From: Marsupella aquatica
Lineage: Eukaryota; Plantae; Marchantiophyta
Assembly (NCBI GenBank): GCA_973895155.1
Contig: OZ316896.1
Span: 22,897,722 to 22,961,721 of the forward strand
Direction: 5' to 3'
DNA length: 64,000 bases
This document shows positions 1-12,067 of this stretch, piece after piece. Position numbers and translations under genes: made by a program. Each line of letters starts with the position of its first letter. The first letter of the stretch is position 1. A model generated the notes under the pieces. The model ran no database searches, was not told where the DNA came from, and worked only from the letters and a program-made list of their open reading frames with translations.

Positions 1-881
1 CTTCGGTCGTCTTTCTGTTTCTCTCCGGCCATTTATGGTCCATAAATTAGCCAATTTGGGTCCTTGGGGACTTCAAATTGATTCACTCATCCTCCGTCCA
101 CGAGAATTTGGAAAATCGATACTCTTTGGGCTGTGTTCTGTTGATGCTGACGAATGTATTCTTCTTTCTTTCCTATGTCCCTGCCAGGGGAGTTGGAAGG
201 CAATTTGCTGTCCCGCTCTCTGACAGTCCGCAACCCTCAATCGTCGAGTATAGAACTCAGACGTCAGTGCAGGAATTTGATTGTTCTATGGACGGTACTG
301 GAAAATGATGGTCCCATGGACCGAGCCGTGAACCCTGGAACCCCATGGACTGAAATATTTAACGCCTTCACTCATCGACTCCATTCTTGTCTCCAAAATC
401 ATTTCAACAGAAAGTTTGAGTTTCAATATCTCGCTTGATATCCAACAGAATAGGCTCGTCTTGGGGTGGTTAAAAGCAACTGGGAAAGATCTTTCAAACC
501 AGTCTAGTGTCTCCAATTTTCATGAATTATTGAGAAACTTGTGAATTTGTAAAGATCACTCCATCATGTCCACACTTCGGGCTTCCAAATGTTTTCTGAA
601 GCTGCCTTTGACATTTAGTGTCTCCCTCGATATCAAATGGAATCTGATTTGTTGTAATATGCTCGAAACTTATGGGAAAGATATTTCCAATGAGCCTATT
701 ATAGTCAAATTTCATTAAGAATTAAGACACCTAAGACGAGCGTCTAGTATTCTTCCCACATTTCACTCGTCACAATAACCTCCACAGGTTAAAATGTGTG
801 ACTATCATAGGCGAGATCGCAGGTCACAAGTCTGAAGGTACATATGCAACGTAGGATCAATCTGTTGAAACCCAGTCAGAG

Positions 882-920
882 TCCCTCACCGAAATCCCTC
901 ACCGAAATCCCTCACCGAAA
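882..920. repeat. 13-bp tandem repeat (TCCCTCACCGAAA x3)
   Basis: Three consecutive copies read directly from the sequence. Confidence 0.85.
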
Positions 921-3168
921 TTGTAGGGGAGGGAACAAGTTATCAAGAAAATGCTGCGAGGGGAACAGAGAAGCTGAGGAAATCACTTATAGGCGGTGAT
1001 AGTAAGACTGTTGAAGATTTGAAGATCCATCCAACAAAACCAAGGTATTCCGTGAAGGTAAACCTTTTGGGGATGTGGATAATTAGTGTTTGTTGTTTGT
1101 AATGTGCAATTACCAACGAGGCGGGTAGTACTGTGCAAAATGGATGCCAACCAGCATGCAGAGTATCTCAGAAGAAGCGTAAGCCAAACCTTGCATCCAC
1201 TGACGCAAATGTCAAGCCGATCAGGGTTGAGAAAGGGAAGTCCGTGGTCATGGTGTGGAAGACCTTTGAACATTCTGACAAGGGAAAGGCTATGCTGGAG
1301 AGGAGTACGATGAAGAAGATTACAACGGGGATTGGGCCAGTCTTGAAGTCGAATGGGTGCCGAGACGAAGGACAGTCGTCGACCCTATACAAGTGGCATT
1401 GTTGGGCAGATTCCAAAATTGACAAACTGTTTTAAGGTGATGAAATGTATCCACAAATCACATAATTATGAGCCTGTGTGGGGATTTCAAGAGGATAAAA
1501 TGTATAAACATATCATTCGATCATAAACCATTGTGGCCAAGAGATTCATTTGCAGATAGGATGTTTGATAGACAGGGAAGTAAGTTTAATTAATGTCACG
1601 CGAGGATAATACAGATAGGAGATATCTACGTACATGGAAGCTAGATTGGTAAGAGTCAACGATAGCTCCTTATCATCAACGGGCTGTGCTTTTCTGTAAT
1701 GTACAACAATAAAGTTTTCGCTCTGCAGTCAGACAATACCCGCAAGAAATCTCAATTACTTTGACGTTGTTTTCTGCGGAGGATTGTGAATTGCACTTCC
1801 GGAAGTGTAAACTGTCAGTAGTTTGAAAATTGTCGGTCAATCTGAAGTGTACATTTTGAATTGAATGTAGATTGCTGTGCATCGAAATAGAATGTTAATT
1901 GTGTGAACCGAGATGGTGGTTCTGCCAGATAGCAATTCAAACGTTTGTCGACAAAAATTAATAATGAATAAACTTAGGAGACGTGGCCGGGCAGGATGCA
2001 CGGCCAGCCTGGAAACACGAACATGAGTTGCAATGTTGCATTATCCAATTGCATAATCGACCGAAGCATAGCAAACACGGTAACAAGGTTTTACAGAACC
2101 TGGGGTAAATAGCACAATAACAATACCTGAAGTAAATACGATACCCTTGTGGCACAGTGATATCGCCCGTAAGTGGTTTGTTCAGTCATGACACTCAATC
2201 CAAGGGAGCAGTGTGGTAGACATCAAAGCCCGTGGATTTGCATCACAGAGCCTCAACCAAGTTTTAGAAACGTTATTCCATAATATCTAGGATTGACCAG
2301 ATTGTCTGGGAGCAAGAAAAACTAAGCTACGGAAATCCCCTAGTAAGTCTTGGAGGACATATTGCCTGCAAATTACAATCGAGCACAGACGCGCGGCAGC
2401 CTCAGGAGATGAGAAAATGTACAAGAGAGATACGAACGACTCCCTGGCTATTCGGTTCTGCCAATGTCCAGATCCGACAACTCTTTGAAGACGTTTTTCC
2501 CGGATCTTGGGCAATAATTCTGAGAAATGAACTGACGTGCAACACGTCTTTCCTTGAACCTTTTCACCAGAAAGGTTTGTGACTGCTATCTCCATCCTGC
2601 TTAAGCTCTCCAACCTCTCCACATATCTTAGGCAAGAACCAACCCTCACAGGCTTCAATTACTCAACCCGATGTTTCAAGTGAAGTCTTTCCGTGATACA
2701 ACTTTGAGCCAGGTTTTTCCGAGAAGCAACCAACAAGAACCAGATAGAAGATCACACCAAAGATGGATGGTCACCATCAAAGAATCTCATTGTTGACGGC
2801 AGAGTAGCTGCTGAAGAGCGGTAATTTGTGCTGCCCGAGGAACCAGGCCATCCTCCCCTCAAATTAAATAAGAATGTCACCTACCACGAAAATCAGTAAT
2901 AGGTGTGGCACCTAACATTTATTCCCAACTACGAACACTTGTCTCCCCTCTGGACGCTGATTTCATAGCTCCTCTGGGTTTTCAGATCCAGGTTTGTATT
3001 ATGTTGCCTCAACCAATACTAAGCCCTACAATTCAAGATGCTGATGCATAGTCCTTTTCTCTACATATCTAAGAGTCAGCACTTGTGGACTTCGTCTATC
3101 TGATTCATAACTCTACCGTTGATTCAAATCAACATATTCAGCTAGAAAGCCTAATCTTGCTGCCCTGC

Positions 3169-6100
3169 TCATCGCCCTACTGTGACTTTTCGTTTTACCT
3201 TCCTCTTAGCAAAAATATTTGTTGGTTGTCTTTGACTGGACTCCTTGGTTTGACTGAACATTTCCTCAAAGAAGCCAGAAATAACCCCCCTTTTCGGAAT
3301 GACCCATCTCGCAACAGAATCTGGTGATAGCGAAGGTCTGTGGTATGCTTTCGCAAGTCCTTCAGCTTCCAGAGCATATGTTGGTTCATTCAAACCCAGC
3401 CATGAAAGCCGAGAAACATCTCCAACTTGAACATTCAGCATTCTGCACCAGAATTTTAACGACCACAGTCAGATATCTGGATCTCGTTCTTCAGGACTTT
3501 CGGCACCTAAGAGGGTACTGGTAAGTGATACACTGATAAATAGTCACGAGGAATTATGTAAAAACAATCAGATAAACTCTATATGGTGGGCTGCCCAAAA
3601 CTTTATTTCAATGAGAATTAATATCAATACCAAGACAGCTTCATTACAGAAAGTCTATCTTGCGTTTAGACAACTGAAGGTTAACAAGGACGGCTAAACG
3701 AAGAAGCTACTCACCGTAACGCAGTTGAAAAAAATATGACCAATCCGATATTATTCAAGCTCCGCTGCATTAGTTGATCTGCACCATACAATAGCTGATA
3801 TCGAATGTTCCCAGACAATCCCAAGAAGGCACCATAGCTCAGGGCACTTCTGCTAACTGAAGGTAGTGGCACGGTCGTCCTGTAACCAAAAGCCAGGCTC
3901 TTAGTCTTCCTGGCACAAATACCCGTCTTGCATTGATGATCAACTTCTAAAAAACCTCCCAGTTTAGGGATAAGAGTTGAGTAAAGATAGGTGAATTATC
4001 TTCTTGCAAAGTTTGAATTGGCAGCTACTTACTCTTTAGGGCGAGGAACAACCCGAGCAAGTCCAGCACCTGCTACTCCAGTTGCTGCTCCGATGACTCC
4101 AAGTTCCAAAGACTTGTAGAAGAACGTCAAAACTCTTTGGTTCTTGCTGAACTCTCTGAGTGGATAACTTGCGTCAAAACAATGATTAGGAAGCTTTTGT
4201 AAAGCATTCTGCCAATCAAACTTGAAGGTTTGTCCATAAGAACGACTTGGAGAAAGACACCAGACAGCAGCTGCATTGCAGACTGACATGGTCAAGATAT
4301 TAGCTGCAGCAAGACCCCATTCGTCTTTCAACCTGCAAAAGAAGCCAACGGAAGATGTTACCAAAAAGTATGACCAGAAAAAATACAGCGGCAAAAAACC
4401 TTTACTGGCCATGGCAGCGACTAGAAAGATAGCAGTCTAAAATACCTTTCCCCACGATGGTGAACTTCCCACCAAACCCCCAAGCCTATGGTGGTCACTT
4501 GCTCCACTGCAACCTTGTAGAGAAAAGATGGATCTGCAAGTATTCTGCTCGCAAACCCAGATTAGGGTTAAAACTTCTACAGACAAGGATGGGAACAATC
4601 CCCTTATCGAAAAACATACTCGGCCGATTGATTGTCAGAGGGAAATAATACTGGGCGAATCCGAATTAGGTCCCAGATTTGAACTCTACCGGATAATCAG
4701 CATTGATGGTAATTGAGCAAGATCTCACTGGTGCTACATTTTGACAGAGGCACACAGAGAAGAAGGTAACATGCAAACAGTAAATAAACTGCCTTACCGT
4801 CCGATGAGAGCTCTGGATGCAGTGGAAGGAAGGCTTCGTGCTATAGCCCTTGTCATTGTTGGCCTTGCATTGAGAGATATAAACCGCACCACAAGAGCAG
4901 TGCTTATTAAACCCTGCCAAGTAAATGCTCCTAATTAGAACAAAATGCCCCGATAACAAAACGACACTCGGAGAGGGATAAAACATACAGGTTGAAGTCA
5001 GCTTTCCGCTTCAATTGAGGAGTTGCAAATTACTTACCATTTCAACAGCCTGGCGAATTCCTGCTGGCAAACTCCTCATGGTTATGAACCACTCTTGGAG
5101 TACGGCCTCGACAATTTTGCGGTCAAATACCTGATACTAAAGCAGATTAGTCTGCGGTGGAGAGAAAGTCTACACAGTCCTACTCGACACTAGGAGGAGC
5201 AATGTTCCCAGAGAAATTACAATTCGATTCACAAACTCCTCCTCTTTCCAGTAATACATTCAAAGCCGGGAAAACGTGTTTCACTGAAGAAGAATCGTCA
5301 CGACTAGTGTTAAGTTACTGCAACCACCCAAGGAGCAGACAACTCCTGACGGACAACGCTGCAGGAGTGACAGCTTCAAAAGACTCACCTCAGGAACTAA
5401 AACTCGTCGCCCAAAAAGGCCACCGTCCTCGCCGTCATCACCATCATCGTCTTCGCCGAAGTAATCATCGTCATCGCCGTCATCATCACCACCATCGCCA
5501 CCTCCGTGATTGTTCTTATTTCCAATACCTCCGCTGCCACCGCCGTCTTCTAGCTGCGTATCAAGAACAAGGTCACAACACATGCCTTCCAACACGTCTG
5601 AACTCGGCATGTGCCACAACCACACGCCAATTCTCTCGCTTCTGACTAGATTGTAAGCAAATGCAAAATTCTAGCTGAGAGAATTGCTGCCTAGCCCTTT
5701 CTCGTGACGCAAGTGCACAAAGAACACTCACCGGTAGAATGAACGAGACGGAGACGTTTAGGGTTTGTCATGGATCAAAATAAAAATTCACGACCCTCAT
5801 GTGGCAAAATTCGATACTACAGACACTACAGGCTTTTCAAATCCTTCCCAACAGAGCAACCCAGGGTATAAGAGTAAGCTGAAATACCTGAGGAGACGTT
5901 TTAACTTGCGCAGAACTAATATCCAATTTCGATTTTTCCAGGGTAGCCCCGCCAAAGGCGCCATATTCTCTCTTCATTACCACCATGGCGGATTGAATAA
6001 ACAACGAGAGGCCAGGCACGCCTGCCGTGTCCTTCTCGGAAGGGCTTGTAGTCGAGAAACATCTTGCGCCAGCGACCTCTTCCGCGGACAGGAGTCTGCG

Positions 6101-6340
6101 CCGCACTGAGGAAGAGAATTTCCTCTTCTCAAAGCACAACGACCTGGACTTCAAGCCACGAACTGAATCCAAGCTACGCTGCCGATGCTGCTTCAAACGA
6201 GAAGAAGACAACCGCATGCACGCCCTCGGAGGCACCACAGACACCACGACCCCAGAGGAAGAATTGTTTGCCGGCAGAGTAGACAATGGAGAATTCAGTT
6301 GGTCCGCACGAAGCACGGTGCTCATCATCGAGAGAGCCAT
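3169..6340 (-). CDS. Chloroplast DUF3411 / RETICULATA-related family protein (At5g24690-like), 8 exons: 6340-5888, 5553-5389, 5130-5038, 4913-4798, 4544-4446, 4332-4033, 3879-3715, 3442-3169
   Basis: Ser/Arg-rich transit-peptide-like N-terminus; TLEKSKLD; Gly/Asp tract GGGDGGDDDGDDDDYF; FDRKIVEAVLQEW..LPAGIRQAVEMG; ILADPSFLYK; CNAAAVWCLSPSRSYG; LQKLPN; NIRYQLL; basic C-terminus RKVKRKV. All introns are GT-AG and keep the frame. Confidence 0.93.
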
Positions 6341-6699
6341 ATCACTTCCCTCTACCTTTCCGCTCCGTTATTCTCGACCAAAGCTAGGGCTTCTCCCATA
6401 TAAACGTTATTCCGGACCTCCAGACCTCCTCTCCGCCATCCACCTGCGAGTTGCGTCGACCGAAGAGCTCGAGCTTAAATCCTGCGCGCGATCCCGAGCT
6501 CGCCCTCCGCCATCCCCCACACGATAATACCTCGATCCAAACTCTCACTTCTGATACGACACTTTCGATCCGAAGTTCCCGAACTCTCGCTTCTCACGCC
6601 GCTGCTTTCAGCCCCAACATCTACAGTGCTCAAATGATGATAAACCAACTTCTCACTTTCCACCACTAACTTTTCCGCTCCCACTCTTCTGTCACCGCT

Positions 6700-7710
6700 C
6701 CCCTTTATCCTTGGCTGGTTGGGTTCGAACCTTACATGCCTCTTTGCCCCTTTGGTACACTATTCTTACATTTATCTTTACATGTACCTTTGGTATTCTA
6801 TTTTTACCTTTATCCTTACATGTCTCTTCCCTTTTATCCTTGGGTGGTTGGGTTCGAACCTTACATGCCCCTTTGGTACACTATTCTTACAATTATCTTT
6901 ACAATCATGTACCTTTGGTATTCTATTTTTACCTTTATCCTTACATGTCCGCTCCCCTTTATCCTTGGGTGGTTGGGTTCGAACCTTACATACTCCTTTG
7001 GTACACTATTCTTACATTTATCTTTACATGTACCTTTGGTATTCTATTTTTACCCGTATCCTTACATGTCCCTTTGGTACTGTATTTTAACCTTTATCTT
7101 TAAACTCTGGAGACTGAGTTAGAACCTTACATGCCCATTTGGTACATTATGTTTACCTTTATGGTTACATGCCCTGGTACACTATTCTTACCTTTATCCT
7201 TAAACTCCGGTGGCGGTGTTTGAACCCTACATGCCCCTTTCCTACAATCTGCTTTGGACAATGCCCACAGTGGGCATGCGCTTGAACCTTACATGCCCCT
7301 TTAGTACCGTATTCTTACCTTTATCCTTGAACTCCAGTGGGTGCGTTTAAACCTTACGTGCCCCTTTGGTACCGTATTCTTCCCATTATCCTTAACATCC
7401 GGTGGGTGTGTTTGAACCTTACATGCCCCTTTGGTACCGTAATCTCACCTTTATCCTGAAACTCCGGTGGCTGCGTTTGAACCTTACATGCCCCTTTGGT
7501 ACACCATTCTTACCTTCATAATCCTTCAACTCCGGTGGCTGAGTTTGAATCTTACATGCCCCTTTGGTACCACATTCTTGCCTTTTATCCTTTTAAACTC
7601 CGGTGGCTGCGTTCGAACCTTACATGCCTCTTTGGTACGGTCTCCTTTGGATAGTGCCCACCGCAGGCTTGTGTTTGAACCTTACATGCCCCTCTGGTAC
7701 CACATGCTTT
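6700..7710. repeat. Minisatellite array with core GAACCTTACATGCCCCTTTGGTAC; about 12 core copies, ~125-140 bp higher-order units on the left and ~62-69 bp units on the right
   Basis: Core recurs at about 6727, 6856, 6981, 7122, 7222, 7284, 7349, 7414, 7479, 7546, 7615 and 7677; the intervening sequences are homologous to each other. Confidence 0.9.
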
Positions 7711-8402
7711 GGACAATGCTGACCGCCTTGCCCACTGCTAGGGAAGGAACCTTATCCCGGGCAAAGCAAGGGTTTGAGGGTCACTAATTACTAGCTATTA
7801 GGGGGGTCTCAAAAATATGTGCTTTGGACAGTGCATGCTCCCTTGCCTGTGTGCAAGGAAGGAACCGTATTGCTGGCAAAGCGAGCCTTTGAGGGTCAGT
7901 ATGTGTTAGGGGCGTCTAAATCTCTCCTTTCTGCGTCCGGTCATGGTCAAAGACAAATTCCCAAGATCAAAGTGGCGGCCACAAAAATTTGGTCTGCACA
8001 CTCCTTACCAGTGACAAACTGGTACCTTTGGGCCAATTTTTTTCCTCAAACTTGCTCTCTCTGTCAACCGTTCTAAGAAATTTATGTCCCCAATCTAGAC
8101 CAAAATCCAACTTTTGGGCCAACTTAATCCATAGGGTTTCAGGTTTGAGATGGGTTTAACACGCCGGTCAACTGGGCCCCAAAAATTTCAGAATGGTCAT
8201 TGGCAATTCTCAAAGGGCACAAACTATTCTTGAAGGGCGCCGATGCATATTGCGCAAAGCAACTTTTGGTGCGGACAGCGGTGCCGTGCACTGACCACCT
8301 AAGTTACTAAAGGCCACCTTTTGAAGAAACTGCATACTTTTGGTCCGTGACCCGGCATGCAACATTTTGGTCATAGGAAACCTCAGGGAATGAGTCGGTT
8401 TG

Positions 8403-9290
8403 ATTGAGACGCCCTATTGATTATTTGCCTGACCATCTCTTCTTTTTAACACAGTGGGTCACTATCTAGTAGCCCGTCTAGTAGGTGGCTCGAATACGTT
8501 GATTTTTCAGCTTTGAGAGCACCCAGGACTGTCACGCCTACTAGATAGTGACCAAATATGAGTTTCCAATTGTACCATTTTTTAGTGTTCCCAAGTGCCT
8601 TGCGGCCACCCGTGAGGTGCCATTTTTTAATATATAAGACGCCCTGGTGGGGAGTCTCAAACCTTCAGGTTGATCTGCAGAAAAAAAACTTGTCCCAACA
8701 CTACCAATTTCGGTCAGCGGTCACGAGCGTGCGGACAAGCATTTGTGTGTCCGCCATTTTTTCCAGTAAAATGCCCTTGACTAAGGCCAGAGGCAAAACA
8801 AAAAAGATTGAGACGTCCTATTATTTGCCTGACTACCCGTTCCTTTGAAAATACGTACAGCCATAGTGGGTCACTATCTACTAGGGCGTCTCAAACCTTC
8901 AGGTCCACGGAAAAGAACTTTCTTTGGTTTTGGTCTGCAGTCACGAGTGTGTGGACACGCATTTTCATTTCTGCCACTTTTTTCCGGGAAAACATCCTTG
9001 ACCGCGGCCGGAGGCAAAACAAGAAGATTGAGATACCCTATTATTAATTTGTCTAATTACCCATTCCTTTGAACACATTGGGCTAGTATCTAATAAGGAG
9101 TCTCAAATCTCCAGGTCCATGGGGAAAAACTTGTCCTAAAACTACAAGTTTTGGTCTGTGATCACCAATGTGCGGACAAGTATTTTTGTGTCAGTCACTT
9201 TTTTCCAGGAGAACTCCCTTATTGCAGTTGGAAGCACAACAAGAAGACTGAGATGCCCTAATTTTTATTAACCCTTCCGTTCCTATGAAC
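8403..9290. repeat. Degenerate ~220-bp tandem repeat (about 3-4 units) with a 16-bp perfect inverted repeat; probable DNA-transposon remnant
   Basis: TGAGA(C/T)(G/A)(C/T)CCTA..., GTCTCAAA.CT.CAGGT and GTG(C/T)GGACA segments recur near 8405/8650, 8810, 9030 and 9250. GGTCACTATCTAGTAG (8457-8472) pairs with CTACTAGATAGTGACC (8538-8553). Confidence 0.75.
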
Positions 9291-10004
9291 ACGATTACAA
9301 ATAAATCTCGGGGGTCTCACTACATGGATGCCTCCTCATCACCTACGACGTTTTTAGGCCTCGGACCCCCTAAAATGTAAGAAAAAAAATTATTTTTTTG
9401 ACCCCTATAAAATTGGAATATTCTCATAATATTCCAAAATTTTGGTTATAAGGACCCTAATGTTCTTATAAGTCCCAAAATTGGATTTAAAAGACCCTAT
9501 TGTTCTTCTGAGAAAATTCTTAAGTCTTCACTTCAAACCAATAAAATGACCCTATACTTCGTCGCACGTGATATGCCATTTTTGTGGAAGTGAAACCCTC
9601 GAGAAATAAATACAAATAAACCTTGCAAATAATTTTATTTTATTTATAAATCAAGTAAATTGATGATTAGTTCCCACTTGCATGCACCCCACTTTAAATT
9701 TTGCTCAGGAGTCATGTATGGTCTAGAGGCTAGGCTTCACTCTAGGCAGTAGGTTCAGGAAATAGTTTTTGATTGAGATCATATACTCAACAACCTGATA
9801 CCCACTCTTCGAATGTATTAGAGATGAATACAAAATCAAATACTGCAAAAAAAGAATTATGTGCTATTTCCTGTTCATCTTTGCCCCCATCTATGTTTTT
9901 TGTCCACCCTCACTTTTAGTTTTGTCCTCATTGAGAATTATTGTCTAGAGGCTTCACTCTAGACCATAGGCCTGGAAAATAACTTAATTTGCATCCTGCT
10001 GCAT

Positions 10005-10349
10005 TGTTGAGCATCGACGACAATCGCAACGGCAAGCCCATGAACCATCCAACGCACAAGAGTCGACACAGAGAGATACGTGGTTCATCTTCACATTAGG
10101 CTACGTCCACAGGAACACACAAGAGCTTTACTGCACTCTAGGCCGACCGGCCATACCAAGCATCCACAGCACAAGCTCTCTCTATCTCTCAACTAGCTCC
10201 GTAAGAATGAGCCTGAGTTCCTTCTCTCCAAGCAAACACTGCTTGCTTATAGAGTGTGCACAGCATGACTAACCTAACCAAGTCTGCAACTAAGGTTAGC
10301 CTTAACTATGGTACAGTCGTAACTCTAGACCTAAGAGTAAATCCTAACA
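10005..10349 (-). repeat. 3' LTR (345 bp) of the Copia element
   Basis: Matches 25554-25971; TGTT...AACA ends; adjacent to the PPT. Confidence 0.96.
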
Positions 10350-10360
10350 ATCTCCCCCTT
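10350..10360 (-). other. Polypurine tract (AAGGGGGAGAT)
   Basis: Purine run immediately before the 3' LTR on the minus strand. Confidence 0.9.
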
Positions 10361-10540
10361 GACTCTGGTCTAGGGGAGGGTAAAGATTGCACCCTATATG
10401 ATTGCTCAGCGGGAAGTTCTGGAAAGAAAAACCAAACTAGTTTTTCCCTCTTTATACGAGAGTAGACCAGAACTAAGTCGTAGCCTATACAAGGAATGAG
10501 CAATAGCATATCTCAGTATCTACACAAATGTTAAGTAACC

Positions 10541-11312
10541 CTACTTGTGAGACAATTGCAAAACCTGTAACGCATCACGATGTCTAGAAAAACTCTCCAA
10601 AGGAATCACTTTGGTAAAAGCGTTAGTTGGGTTGAGTTTACCGTCAATCTTGACTAGCTCAAACTGATTATCAGACACAGCCTGCCTGATAAAATGGTAC
10701 CTGACGTCGATGTGCTTCACTCTGCTATCCATCACCTGGTTCACAGCAAGGTGGAGCGCACTTTGACTATCACAATGGAGCTTCACATTCCTCTGTGGCA
10801 ATCCCATTTCAGTGATAAGTCTATCTAACCAAATCGTTTCCTTTGCTGCTTCCGTTGCTGCAACATACTCCGCTTTTGTAGTAGACTGAGCAATACAATT
10901 TTGCAGAGTAGACCTCCAACTTATGCATCCACCTCCTAATGTGAACACATAACCTGTTGCTTTTTGTCTCATTCGTAGGACAAAAAGCTGATGACAACTT
11001 GAAGTGTGGAGCCAACGGGGTACTCACTGGCTTACTATCCCCCATGTTGAACCTTGCAATTACTTTCTTTGCATAACTGCTCTACGTCAACCATAGCTTG
11101 CCAGCCTCCAAGTCCCTAGTGATCTCCATACCCAAAATCCTCTTAGCTGGCCCTAAGTCCTTCATCTTAAACTTTGCACTTAGCAATGCCTTGAGCTTAA
11201 CAATCTCAGACCTATCCTTGGCCGCAATAAGCATGTCATCCACATAAAGTACTAAAACAATGAACCCAAAGACAACATTTGTCACCGGTTTAAGATACAC
11301 ACATGGGTCAAA
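10541..11312 (-). pseudogene. Copia pol C-terminal part: RT (FDPCVY, LYVDDMLI, MKDLG) and RNase H (TGYVFT, STTKAEY, CDSQSA, KHIDVRYHFIR)
   Basis: Canonical Copia motifs; in-frame stop near 11082; an apparent internal deletion near 10960 joins PTNETKS directly to the TGYVFT region. Confidence 0.92.
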
Positions 11313-12067
11313 CACTACTACATATTGGCCCCTTTTGCGAAGCTTTTTTTTGATGTCGGGATGGTCTTGCGATGTCATCGACTTCAGATATTTTGTGATC
11401 AAACACGCATCATAATAAACCATGCTCACAGGTTCGCAACATGGTGTTGCGAAGCTAAATACCTCGCAATTTGTTTGAGATCGGATTGAATTCGCAACTC
11501 TTTCAGATACTATTCGTCTCGCAAAGTATTTGTGGATCCGCGACCATCACGACTGCATTTGGATCTCTTTTGTTTCATAATTTAGCGATAATAATGTACT
11601 CAAATATATATTGTGAACCTATTAGCTTCGCACAATATTGTGAAGCATAAATAGTCGCAAGTTACCGAATCCAGTTGATTCGCAAAGTTGAGAACACATT
11701 GGCATCACAATTACCGATGGTGTGTTATTCACAAAGTGTTCAGAAGTTGCTTCTTGACAAGCTTGAAAATGTTTTGCAAAGAGAGTTGTTTGAAAATTTT
11801 GTAGAATGGAAATGTTTGAGAGAGTTTCTTTACAAGATGGAGAATGCATGTGTTTAGGTTACAGCTAGGGTTTTCAAAAAGGTGGCATGCATGAGGATAG
11901 CTTTGGAAACGGCTAAGGTTGCATATATAACAGTGAGATGAAATTTCAAAGTCCAATTAAGTGTTTGTAAAACAAAAGAAGAAAAGTAATATGTTAATAT
12001 AAATAAAACCATGATAGTTAGTTTAGGGTCAAATTCTGGGCCCACAACAAGTTTTACTACTAGTGCA

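Noticed and set aside
1-2900. Short ORFs with retroelement-like (DKGKA) or LRR-like fragments
   Set aside because: No sustained frame or diagnostic motif; cannot be assigned from the sequence alone.
5157-6527. Plus-strand ORFs including a His/Arg-rich 162-aa ORF
   Set aside because: Antisense shadows of the DUF3411 exons (Gly/Asp codon tract).
6722-6985. tRNA genes suggested by GGTTCGAACC
   Set aside because: Only the T-loop/B-box motif is present; no cloverleaf, D-arm or acceptor stem.
6711-7122. Three overlapping 120-130 aa hydrophobic ORFs
   Set aside because: Translations of the T-rich satellite with repeating peptides; not genes.
6700-7710. CRISPR-like appearance (24-bp core about every 65 bp)
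   Set aside because: The intervening segments are homologous to each other, the cores are degenerate, there are no cas genes, and the context is a eukaryotic intron-containing genome.
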